Origin: Enterococcus dongliensis
Lineage (GTDB): Bacteria > Bacillota > Bacilli > Lactobacillales > Enterococcaceae
Direction of reading: 5' to 3'
DNA: 24,000 nt
Assembly: GCF_031927985.1 (NCBI RefSeq)
Contig: NZ_JARPZC010000012.1
Span: 66,818-90,817, forward strand
Shown piece after piece: positions 1 through 7,708 of the stretch. The notes beneath the pieces are model-generated. The model searched no databases. It was not told the DNA's origin and saw nothing but the letters and a program-made list of their open reading frames with translations. Positions within the stretch are counted from its first letter, which is position 1; the number at the start of each line of letters is the position of its first letter. A program made the position numbers and the translations under genes.

Positions 1-2306
1 AAATTTTCGTATTCTTTTGGATGTTTTTGTGCTTTTAATAAAGTTTCTCGATCAATTACATTGAACTGGATATGATGACCATCCAAAGCAAAGTAGCTAC
101 GGACTAACGAAGCCATATGGGTTATCCCTGCTTCACCAGCAACCACACTCGGTGTGAATTTTTGATTCAACAATGCGCCACCAGTTTTGGTCTGATCAAT
201 TTTTGAGGCAGATTTTATCACAGCTGTCGGTCCATTGCGATCCGCACCTTTTTCTGGTGAGATACCATCTGGTAATGGAATGCCTTTATGACGACCATTA
301 GGTGATGCTTCCATGACTTGACCAAAGTACACGTGACAAGTTGTTGGTAAAAATTCGACTACTGTTTTCGATCCTTTTGGTGTTGGCCGTCCAGCGATCA
401 CTTCTTGTAATGAGTCAGCAACATCTCGTAATAAGCTATCTGCATAATCATCGTCATTTCCATATTTTGGTGTTTCATTGTAAACCTTGTCATAAATTTC
501 TTCATAATTTTCAAAATCTGCTTCACAGGCTGCTAATAACTCTGCCATCGTCATATTTTTTTCTTCAAAAACATTGTGTTTGATTGCAGCTAAAGAATCA
601 GTGATTGTTGCGATACCAACGCATTGGATATAGCTTGTATTATAACGTGCCCCGCCAGCATTATAGTCTTTACCGACTTTGATACAATCATCAGACATCA
701 CCGAAAGAAGCGGAACGGGCATGAATTCCATGTACATCCGTTCAATTAAGTTATTTCCTGCAACTTTTACATCAACTACATACTGCAATTCTTGATGAAA
801 TGCTTCAAAAATCTCCTCGTAAGTGGTCATCTTCGTGAAATCACCAACATCGATACCAACTTGTTTATCCGTATAATGATCGTAGCCGCGATTCATCGCT
901 AATTCGAAGACTTTTGGGATATTCAGATAACCTGTTAACACATACGCTTCTTTTCCAGCTACCCCAACTTCCACGCACCCTGAACAAATACCGCTTTCTC
1001 TAGCATCATCAACAGATTTTCCAAGGTAACTAAGTTCTGCCAAGATGGCTTCGGAATTATACATCGCCGGTTGTCCCCAACCTTTACGGGAAACTTTTAA
1101 GGCTTCACGCAGGAATTTTTCCGGCGATTTCCGCGAAATCTGAACATTTGAACTAGGTTGCAACAGCTTCATTTCATCCATCACTTCTAAAATCAAATAA
1201 CTAACATCACTCACCCCGCTCGTTCCATCTGGACGCAAAGCCCCAGTGTTCAAATTACAAAAATCTGTATATGTCCCGCTTTCTTTTAAAGTAATCCCAA
1301 CTTTTGGCGGAGCCGGTTGGTTATTGAATTGAATCCACAGATTTTCTAATAATTCACGAGCTTCTTCTCTAGTCAAACGACCTTCGGCGATGTCTTTTTC
1401 ATAAAATGGCTCTAAATGCTGATCCAGTTTCCCTGGTGAATAAGCATCCCAGTTATTCATTTCAACAGTGATACCGATATGAGTAAACCAATACATTTGA
1501 ATTGCTTGGCGGAATGTTTGCGGCGCATGTTCTGGCACCACATCGCAGACTTCTGCAAGGTCTAGTAATTCTTGTTTCCATTTACGATCCGTTTCTGTAG
1601 CAGCCAAATCTCGGCATTGTTGGGCATAGCGTTTGCCGTAAATGATCATCCCTTCGCAAACAAGTTTCATTCCTTCTAATTCTTCGCGCTTGTTCAAAGC
1701 TTCCATATCGTTGTTGTAGTCAAGATTGTCAATCTCTTGTTGAATCTCTGCTTTAAAATCAGCAAACCCTTTTTGATACATTTTTCCATCTGCCACTGTA
1801 TGACCTGGTCCTCGCTGCATCAAAAACTCGGTATAAAGACCCGCATCAAACAATAAATGCCACTCTTCTGGCAATAATCGATTCATTCGTGTCATCATCG
1901 CACGATCATGCCAATAAGGAATGATTACCTCTTCTTGGATACGACGGTCTTCTTCGCTTACCCGAAAGAAAACTTTTTCACGGTTATGCATATTGTCAAA
2001 ATCTTCCAATGTATGACAGCACAATTCAGGAAACGTCGGAGCAGCCCACGGTCTATCCCCTTTTTCTCCTAAAACTAGAGAACCTTTTTCAATATAGTTC
2101 GTCCGATTTTCCATGATGTATTTGAAAGCTTTTCCTCGTAATACCGGAGCAGAAACTTTCCCTTCCCACTTTTTGTAGGCTTCAGTCAATAAAACCGCTC
2201 GCTCCATTGAGATACTCGGTGTACATTCTTTGTCGCTGATTTCTCGCAATCGCTTGATCCGTTCAGTACTCCCTCTTCTAGTCGGTTCCAATGTTAATTC
2301 CGTCAT
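1..2306 (-). CDS. Glycyl radical enzyme, PFL2/glycerol-dehydratase-like class; C-terminus cut by window edge; substrate unknown
   Basis: The frame is open on the minus strand from ATG at 2306 to position 1, so it is absent from the ORF track. RBS GGAGG lies at 2314-2318, 7 nt upstream. Hand-translated N-terminus is MTELTLEPTRRGSTERIKRLREISDKECTPSISMERAVLLTEAYKKWEG, which is typical of PFL2-type GREs. The single-Cys loop is ESGICSGCVEVGV, with the Cys codon at 975-977. The last residues, VIDRETLLKAQKHPKEYEN, stop just before the expected RVxGYSA glycyl-radical motif. Confidence 0.85.
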   Translation of the reverse strand, partial: MTELTLEPTRRGSTERIKRLREISDKECTPSISMERAVLLTEAYKKWEGKVSAPVLRGKAFKYIMENRTNYIEKGSLVLGEKGDRPWAAPTFPELCCHTLEDFDNMHNREKVFFRVSEEDRRIQEEVIIPYWHDRAMMTRMNRLLPEEWHLLFDAGLYTEFLMQRGPGHTVADGKMYQKGFADFKAEIQQEIDNLDYNNDMEALNKREELEGMKLVCEGMIIYGKRYAQQCRDLAATETDRKWKQELLDLAEVCDVVPEHAPQTFRQAIQMYWFTHIGITVEMNNWDAYSPGKLDQHLEPFYEKDIAEGRLTREEARELLENLWIQFNNQPAPPKVGITLKESGTYTDFCNLNTGALRPDGTSGVSDVSYLILEVMDEMKLLQPSSNVQISRKSPEKFLREALKVSRKGWGQPAMYNSEAILAELSYLGKSVDDARESGICSGCVEVGVAGKEAYVLTGYLNIPKVFELAMNRGYDHYTDKQVGIDVGDFTKMTTYEEIFEAFHQELQYVVDVKVAGNNLIERMYMEFMPVPLLSVMSDDCIKVGKDYNAGGARYNTSYIQCVGIATITDSLAAIKHNVFEEKNMTMAELLAACEADFENYEEIYDKVYNETPKYGNDDDYADSLLRDVADSLQEVIAGRPTPKGSKTVVEFLPTTCHVYFGQVMEASPNGRHKGIPLPDGISPEKGADRNGPTAVIKSASKIDQTKTGGALLNQKFTPSVVAGEAGITHMASLVRSYFALDGHHIQFNVIDRETLLKAQKHPKEYEN

Positions 2307-2358
2307 TTTTCTTCCTCCTTGATCATAGCTTGTTTATTGTTTTTTGCTAATTCCCCAA

Positions 2359-3138
2359 TTATCCACCGATGGTTACTTGATATCCTGCCGCTTGATACGT
2401 TTCTTTGATTGACATCACCTGTTCATCAGATGGCTGAGTAAAATTTTGTGTACAAGTACGCTGTAAGCGGTCATACTTATCTCGCCCAAAATCATGATAC
2501 GGCAACAATGATATTTCACTTACATGAATCCCTTCATCTGTTAACCAGTCAATGATTTCTTTTGCTGTTCCTTCATCCGCATTAATCTCATCCAGTAAAA
2601 TCAATCGTAAATTGATTTCAGCCTGATGATCTGATAAAAAACGTAGATTTTCTAAAACTAAATGATTATTAGCACCTGTATACAATTGATGGATATGTGA
2701 ATCAATGAACTTTAGGTCGTATAAAAATAAATCGGCATATGGCAATATCCGACGAAAATTTTCTGTCGGTGCTACTCCACATGTATCGATTGCAACAGTA
2801 ATCCCTAGTCGCTGACATTCTTGAGCCAGTTCTACCACGTAATCAATATTTTGTGCCATTACTTCGCCGCCAGAAAAGGTCACTCCTCCACCAGATTGAT
2901 CATAAAAGATTTGATCCGCTTGGATTTTTTTGACTAATTCATGAATGGAGTATTCTTTACCTATCCATTCTTCTTTTCCGTATTTATTCAACATAATCTC
3001 TGGTGCAAAAACCTGACTTTCAGGATTGTGACACCATTCACATTTTATGGGACACCCTTTGAAAAATATTGTTGTACGAATCCCTGGCCCATCATGGGTC
3101 GAAAATTTCTGGATATTAAAAACCGTCGTCTTTTTCAC
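2359..3138 (-). CDS. Glycyl-radical enzyme activating protein (radical SAM, PflA-like short form, 259 aa)
   Basis: The protein carries a CX3CX2C motif (GCPIKCEWCHNPE) and GGGVTFSGGE, and sits directly upstream of the GRE on the same strand. I place the start at GTG 3138, which has RBS GGGAGGG 6 nt upstream. The ORF-track start at 3186 falls inside a consensus promoter. Confidence 0.85.
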   Translation of the reverse strand: MKKTTVFNIQKFSTHDGPGIRTTIFFKGCPIKCEWCHNPESQVFAPEIMLNKYGKEEWIGKEYSIHELVKKIQADQIFYDQSGGGVTFSGGEVMAQNIDYVVELAQECQRLGITVAIDTCGVAPTENFRRILPYADLFLYDLKFIDSHIHQLYTGANNHLVLENLRFLSDHQAEINLRLILLDEINADEGTAKEIIDWLTDEGIHVSEISLLPYHDFGRDKYDRLQRTCTQNFTQPSDEQVMSIKETYQAAGYQVTIGG

Positions 3139-3157
3139 GTGCTTCCCTCCCGCTTTC

Positions 3158-3186
3158 ATTATAGATTGTCTACCAGATAGTTGCAA
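3158..3186 (-). promoter_or_regulatory. Sigma-70-type promoter for the activase-GRE operon
   Basis: The minus strand reads TTGCAA (3181-3186), a 17-nt spacer, then TATAAT (3158-3163). This lies about 20 nt upstream of the GTG at 3138. Confidence 0.6.
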
Positions 3187-3321
3187 GCGCTTTATTCATT
3201 ATTGTGAATTTTTTATTTTGTTAATATGATTTTTTTCATTTAGATGATGATTAGAAATTCCCTAATTTTTCAGGTATACTAGTTAATAAAGAAATTTTTA
3301 TCATGAATGAGGAGTATCCAG

Positions 3322-3864
3322 ATGAATATTGGTGAAAAAGTTAAAAATCTGCGCAACGAACGAGGAATGACTCTCAAACAACTTTCTGAAGAGACAGGAT
3401 TATCTACGGGATTTTTATCTCAATTTGAACGAGGGATCACTACCATCGCAGTAGAACACTTAGCTACTATTGCAGATTTATTTAAGGTGAAAATCAATTA
3501 CTTTTTTGAAGATGAATCGGTGAATGAGCCTATCGTTCGCGGATATGATCAACCTGTAATCCATAAATTAAACAATATTATTTATAAACAACTAAGCCGT
3601 TCTCCCAAAGATAAAATGATTGCACCAAAGCTGATTGAGATCATGCCTCACGAAAATAGAGAACTTCCCACTACCTATCCTCATCAAGGAGAGGAATTTA
3701 TCTATATATTAGAAGGGATTTTGACCTTGGTAATTGAAGAGACTACCTACCAACTTTATCCTGGAGATTCAGCGCATTATTTTTCCACCATCAACCATAA
3801 TTGGGACAATCAAACAAACAATGTCGTAAAATTTATCGTCGTACACCATCCTAATGATTATTAG
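3322..3864 (+). CDS. XRE-family HTH transcriptional regulator with C-terminal cupin domain
   Basis: The N-terminus MNIGEKVKNLRNERGMTLKQLSEETGLSTGFLSQFERG is an HTH_3 motif. The C-terminus GEEFIYILEGILTL...PGDSAHYFSTINHNW is cupin-like. RBS GAGGAG lies 7 nt before ATG 3322. The gene is divergent from the GRE operon. Confidence 0.85.
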   Translation: MNIGEKVKNLRNERGMTLKQLSEETGLSTGFLSQFERGITTIAVEHLATIADLFKVKINYFFEDESVNEPIVRGYDQPVIHKLNNIIYKQLSRSPKDKMIAPKLIEIMPHENRELPTTYPHQGEEFIYILEGILTLVIEETTYQLYPGDSAHYFSTINHNWDNQTNNVVKFIVVHHPNDY

Positions 3865-3917
3865 AAACTTCCCAGATTTTTTATCCTTTCGTGATGCTCA
3901 TAATTTTTTACTCCATT

Positions 3918-3954
3918 AAAAAACCGACAAGAACAATTGATCTTGTCGGTTTTC
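3918..3954. terminator. Bidirectional Rho-independent terminator between convergent genes
   Basis: Stem CCGACAAGA (3924-3932) pairs with TCTTGTCGG (3941-3949). The stem is flanked by an A-run upstream and a T-run downstream. Confidence 0.75.
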
Positions 3955-3957
3955 TCT

Positions 3958-4281
3958 TCATTTTTCTATTGCAGCTAAACGCTTATATACATCAATCAAT
4001 TCTTGAGTTAATCCTAGATAAGAGATTGCATTCATCAAGTGATCCTGACTATGAACCATTAATAGTGTTACTTCGGTATTTTTCCCACTAGCTTCAGCCG
4101 TCAATAGACCTGTCTGAGTATTATGAGCTTCGACTAACGCATCGTTTGCAGCCTTCATGCGCGCATCAGCTTCAGAAAAATCATTATCTTTTGCAGCAGC
4201 TAAAGCAGCCACCGCTTCGCTTTTTGCATTGCCTGCGTTCATGATTAGACCCATGACTACTTGTAATTGTTCATCATTCAT
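3958..4281 (-). CDS. PTS lactose/cellobiose-family EIIA component
   Basis: This 107-aa protein has a helical IIA-lac/cel signature (MGLIMNAGNAKSEA...EAHNTQTGLL...LLMVHSQDHLM). It is the last gene of the PTS operon. Confidence 0.85.
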   Translation of the reverse strand: MNDEQLQVVMGLIMNAGNAKSEAVAALAAAKDNDFSEADARMKAANDALVEAHNTQTGLLTAEASGKNTEVTLLMVHSQDHLMNAISYLGLTQELIDVYKRLAAIEK

Positions 4282-4299
4282 TTGAAAAAATTCCTTCCT

Positions 4300-4827
4300 T
4301 TAAAAACAAATTCGTTCTTCTAAAGCTTTCGTATCATTACCTTTAGCTTTTTCTGCTGCTAACAATGCCATATTTTTAAATGAGTCGTTCAAACCGATTC
4401 CACCTTTTTTAGGCATTTTTACAATTGGGACTTCTTGTTGATACACTTGAGTTGCCGGATTTTCAATTGACATGGCCGCAATCGCGGGAATTCCATATTG
4501 GATAAAATATTTAGTCAAAGAGCCTGCCATCTCTCCAAAATTTGCATAGTGCATAGCTGGACCACAGATTACAGCATCTGCTTGAAATTTTTTTGCAAAC
4601 CCTATAAATTTCTTAGCTACCTCTTCTTGGTGTTCCAAATAGTAATGATCCCCACAATACAATGTAGCAATAATTTCAGCTTCTTGTTCTTTTAGATAGG
4701 GTGTAAGAGTCTGCCCCGGACCTAATGCGGCTTTTTTCCCGCTAGGTGCTAGATTGGCATGTTCATCACTCCCCATTCCTGCCTGAACATGATTAAGAAC
4801 TAAAATAATTTTTTTCACTATATTCAC
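4300..4827 (-). CDS. GrdB (glycine/sarcosine/betaine reductase selenoprotein B) N-terminal-domain-like protein, stand-alone, function unknown
   Basis: The 175-aa sequence parallels my recollection of the GrdB N-terminus (VLNHVQAGMGSDEHA..GPG...AEIIATLYCGDHYY...AVICGPAMHYANFG...GIPAIAAMSIENP). The start is GTG 4827 or GTG 4818. The gene lies between IIC and IIA. Confidence 0.55.
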   Translation of the reverse strand: MNIVKKIILVLNHVQAGMGSDEHANLAPSGKKAALGPGQTLTPYLKEQEAEIIATLYCGDHYYLEHQEEVAKKFIGFAKKFQADAVICGPAMHYANFGEMAGSLTKYFIQYGIPAIAAMSIENPATQVYQQEVPIVKMPKKGGIGLNDSFKNMALLAAEKAKGNDTKALEERICF

Positions 4828-4832
4828 CTGTC

Positions 4833-6188
4833 CTAGATTTCATCAAAATCAAATGTATCAAAATCGATTTCTTCTGCTTCTTTTTCTTCTGCTTCCTTTT
4901 CTTCACGTAAATATTGATCATCCATTACTTTGATAAATGGATAATAAATTACCATCCCTAAAACAATCAGCAATGCTTGCAACACAGATGCCTGCCAACC
5001 GCTTACTAAAAAGCCAGAAATGATTGGCGGTGTCGTCCACGGCAATTGAATTCCATTCGTGTAGGGAACGATTCCCCAGTCCATCGCAAAGTAAGAAATA
5101 ATAATATTAATCGTAGGTACAAGTGCAAAAGGTATTAAGATAATTGGATTCAACACAATCGGCAACCCAAAAATAATTGGTTCATTGATTCCGAAAATAC
5201 TTGGAACTAATGATAGTTGCGATAATTTTTTCACTCGTTGACTCTTACAGAAAATAATCATTACGATAATCAGAGACAAGGTTGAACCGCCCCCACCAAA
5301 GGTCGCGAACATATCTTGAAATTGTCCTGTGATGATATTGGGAATCTCATGACCATCTTTGAATGCTTGCATATTTTCCACAGAAAGTGCTCGTAAAACA
5401 GGATTAAATACTGCGCCTACCACGCTGGATCCATTGATTCCGAAAAACCAGAAAAAATGTAAGAACAAATACGCAATAATCATTGCACCTAAGGTATTTC
5501 CTAAACTTAATAATGGCGTTTGTAAGAAGGTAAAGATTATATCTTGTAAATTCCCCATAGGTGTTAAGGAGACTAACCAATTAATAACAAACATAATTGT
5601 TACAACAACAAAACTAGGAATCAATGCTTCAAAAGATTTCACTACTGTTGGCGGAACTCCTTCAGGCATTTTGATTGTCCAACCACGATGGATTACCGCT
5701 GCAAAAATCCGGGTAGAAATTAATGCAATGATCATTCCTAAAAACAGACCGCTTGAACCCATCCATTTTAGCGGTAAGCTAGTTACATCGAAAACTTGCG
5801 TGCTATTTTCAGGTGTAAATTGGGTCGTAAACGGTGTTAAAATAAAGAAAGAAACTAAAGCCAAGGCACCTGATTGGATCGCGTCGATATCCAATTGTCT
5901 TCCTAAACTATACGCAATTCCTACGACAGCTAAAATCGTCATAACGTCAAAACTAGCTGAAGCCGGTACTGACATCAAAGATTCCCAGTTGTCACCTAAA
6001 ATTGGAGAAATGATATTGCTCCAATTAGGAATCGGAAAATTTGCAAGTAACAAGAAGAATGAACCCACAATTAATAATGGCGTTGAAATTAAGAAACCAT
6101 CTCGGATAGCAATTAAATACTTGTTTTCTCCAATGATTTTCGCTAGTGGCGTTAAAATTTTTTCTAACCAATTTAGAAATTTCTGCAT
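4833..6188 (-). CDS. PTS lactose/cellobiose-family EIIC permease
   Basis: The protein is polytopic and hydrophobic. The N-terminus MQKFLNWLEKILTPLAKIIGENKYLIAIRDGF is the classic IIC-cel start. I chose ATG 6188 (GGAG RBS 9 nt upstream) rather than the TTG at 6203. There is an acidic C-terminal tail, EEKEAEEKEAEEIDFDTFDFDEI. Confidence 0.9.
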   Translation of the reverse strand: MQKFLNWLEKILTPLAKIIGENKYLIAIRDGFLISTPLLIVGSFFLLLANFPIPNWSNIISPILGDNWESLMSVPASASFDVMTILAVVGIAYSLGRQLDIDAIQSGALALVSFFILTPFTTQFTPENSTQVFDVTSLPLKWMGSSGLFLGMIIALISTRIFAAVIHRGWTIKMPEGVPPTVVKSFEALIPSFVVVTIMFVINWLVSLTPMGNLQDIIFTFLQTPLLSLGNTLGAMIIAYLFLHFFWFFGINGSSVVGAVFNPVLRALSVENMQAFKDGHEIPNIITGQFQDMFATFGGGGSTLSLIIVMIIFCKSQRVKKLSQLSLVPSIFGINEPIIFGLPIVLNPIILIPFALVPTINIIISYFAMDWGIVPYTNGIQLPWTTPPIISGFLVSGWQASVLQALLIVLGMVIYYPFIKVMDDQYLREEKEAEEKEAEEIDFDTFDFDEI

Positions 6189-6210
6189 CTTTTTTTTCTC
6201 CAATCGTTGA

Positions 6211-6543
6211 TTATTTCTTTTTATTTTCTTTAATCAGTTTTAAAACTTCTTTCATCGCTTTTTCGCCATCCATCATGCCATAAATTTCTGGTGAGATCAC
6301 AGCAACTGGAATTCCTTGTGGCGTAAATTGCTCTTTGGTTTTTTCAAGTAAGAATTTCACTTGTGGTCCCAATAAAATTGCTACAGGTTTCTCTTTCTCC
6401 ACAACTTCTTGTGAACGCGCTACTGGAAATGCTGTGATCTGAAGCGGCATATTGTGCTTATTCACAACTTCCATCATTTTATTGACCATAATACTGGTTG
6501 ACATCCCGGCATCACAAAATAGATAAATCTGTTTTTTACTCAT
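6211..6543 (-). CDS. PTS lactose/cellobiose-family EIIB component
   Basis: IYLFCDAGMSTS is the active-site Cys loop. ATG 6543 has an AGGAGAG RBS 8 nt upstream. Confidence 0.9.
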   Translation of the reverse strand: MSKKQIYLFCDAGMSTSIMVNKMMEVVNKHNMPLQITAFPVARSQEVVEKEKPVAILLGPQVKFLLEKTKEQFTPQGIPVAVISPEIYGMMDGEKAMKEVLKLIKENKKK

Positions 6544-6563
6544 TTTTTCCACTCTCCTAATTT

Positions 6564-7517
6564 TTATTCAATTGGTGCTTTGATCCGTTTTTCATAGGCA
6601 TCTAGCCATTCTTGTGTAATCGGTTGGATATCTGTGGTGTGGTTGACACCCATGTTCGCAATAAAAATCTGCGGTTTTTCTTGATCGTTTCCCACACTAA
6701 AAGTGAATTCAACATTTGTAGCAACACCCCATTCTCCTTGAGTGTTCATAGCAACCAATGAAAAAGCTCCAGCCTTTCCATAACGAGCAGTTAACTTATC
6801 ATGAAATTCATAAACTGCTTTATCACAGGCTGCTTGTGGTTTCATCCCCTCACTCATCAATCGGACGATTTCATAAGACAAACAACCTTTCATCAAATCT
6901 TCTCCCAATCCAGTTGCTGCTGCACCCCCAACTTCACTATCTACATAAAAACCTGAACCAGATAATGGTGAATCACCTACACGACCAGGTTTTTTCATAA
7001 ATAATCCTGAACTGGAAGTTCCAGCTGTCATCGTTCCCATTTGATCTAATGTGATTGCACCAACTGTATCGTGACCATCATAAGGATTTAAATTATTCTC
7101 ATGAATTTCTTTTAACCGCTTTTCCCAAATTTTATGAGCTCGGTCAGTTAACATACTTTTTCTTTCAAAACCTTCTAGCATTGAATATTTTGTTGCTCCA
7201 TCCCCCACTCGAAAACTGTTGAATTTGTCTTTACTTAATTTCCGTGCTACCGAGATAGGATTTTTTACATCTGTGATTCCTGCAACTGCACCAATTTCAA
7301 ACGTATCTCCATCCATAAAGGCGGCATCCATTTCTAAGATTCCTTCAGCGTTTGGTAATCCACCAAATCCAACTGATTTGTAGTAAGGATAGTCCTCTAC
7401 CGTTTTAATCAACGTTTCTACGGCATCGCCAGCTACTTCTTTTTTTTCTAATAATTGCAATGCTTCTACTACGCCATCATGTGCCATACGCCATGTGGCA
7501 ATTGCTCCCCATGCCAT
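6564..7517 (-). CDS. N4-(beta-N-acetylglucosaminyl)-L-asparaginase / isoaspartyl peptidase family (Ntn hydrolase, asparaginase 2)
   Basis: The 317-aa protein has an HDTVGAI autoprocessing Thr motif, GSGFYVD and GAAATGLGEDLMK. RBS AAAGGAGG precedes ATG 7517. Confidence 0.85.
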   Translation of the reverse strand: MAWGAIATWRMAHDGVVEALQLLEKKEVAGDAVETLIKTVEDYPYYKSVGFGGLPNAEGILEMDAAFMDGDTFEIGAVAGITDVKNPISVARKLSKDKFNSFRVGDGATKYSMLEGFERKSMLTDRAHKIWEKRLKEIHENNLNPYDGHDTVGAITLDQMGTMTAGTSSSGLFMKKPGRVGDSPLSGSGFYVDSEVGGAAATGLGEDLMKGCLSYEIVRLMSEGMKPQAACDKAVYEFHDKLTARYGKAGAFSLVAMNTQGEWGVATNVEFTFSVGNDQEKPQIFIANMGVNHTTDIQPITQEWLDAYEKRIKAPIE

Positions 7518-7533
7518 CGTTATCCTCCTTTTA

Positions 7534-7547
7534 CGTTACCGTTTACA
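7534..7547 (-). promoter_or_regulatory. Candidate CcpA catabolite-responsive element (cre)
   Basis: The minus strand reads TGTAAACGGTAACG against the consensus TGWAANCGNTNWCA, a 13/14 match. The site lies between the promoter and the RBS of the glycosylasparaginase-PTS operon. Confidence 0.55.
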
Positions 7548-7566
7548 TTTCCAAAATTCTGACTTC

Positions 7567-7606
7567 ATTATAAATAGTATATACTGTTTTGTATATACTA
7601 AATCAA
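7567..7606 (-). promoter_or_regulatory. Promoter plus paired GntR/HutC-type operator for the glycosylasparaginase-PTS operon
   Basis: GTATATAC occurs at 7577-7584 and 7591-7598, giving a 14-nt start-to-start spacing. On the minus strand, -35 TTGATT (7601-7606) is followed by N17 and TATATA (7578-7583). An alternative promoter is TATACA, N17, TATAAT (7567-7572). Confidence 0.55.
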
Positions 7607-7658
7607 AAAAATTTTTATCTTTTTTTAATGGCTCATGAATATAAAAAAGAAATGCGAA

Positions 7659-7687
7659 AAAAACTACGAAAAAGACCTAGCATATCA
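7659..7687 (-). terminator. Rho-independent terminator after the M20 peptidase gene
   Basis: On the minus-strand RNA, GGCUUAGCA pairs with UGCUAGGUC (9 bp including 2 G-U pairs), followed by UUUUU. Confidence 0.6.
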
Positions 7688-7708
7688 CTGCTAAGCCTTC
7701 TTGTTCAA

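Noticed and set aside
3891-4091. A 66-aa plus-strand ORF spans the terminator and the 3' end of the IIA gene. Similar intergenic ORFs are at 9984-10178, 12202-12402 and 22647-22841.
   Set aside because: These cross terminator hairpins or promoter regions. They have low-complexity, AT-driven composition, no RBS and no recognisable motifs.
5359-6210. A 283-aa plus-strand ORF lies antisense to the PTS IIC gene.
   Set aside because: It is a shadow ORF fully inside a well-supported membrane-protein gene. It has no RBS and low-complexity, basic composition. The same reasoning applies to the antisense ORFs at 341-583, 2941-3180, 3047-3229, 4498-4695, 6758-7000, 8496-8684, 10346-10615, 21277-21483, 22202-22411, 23325-23582 and 23458-23640.
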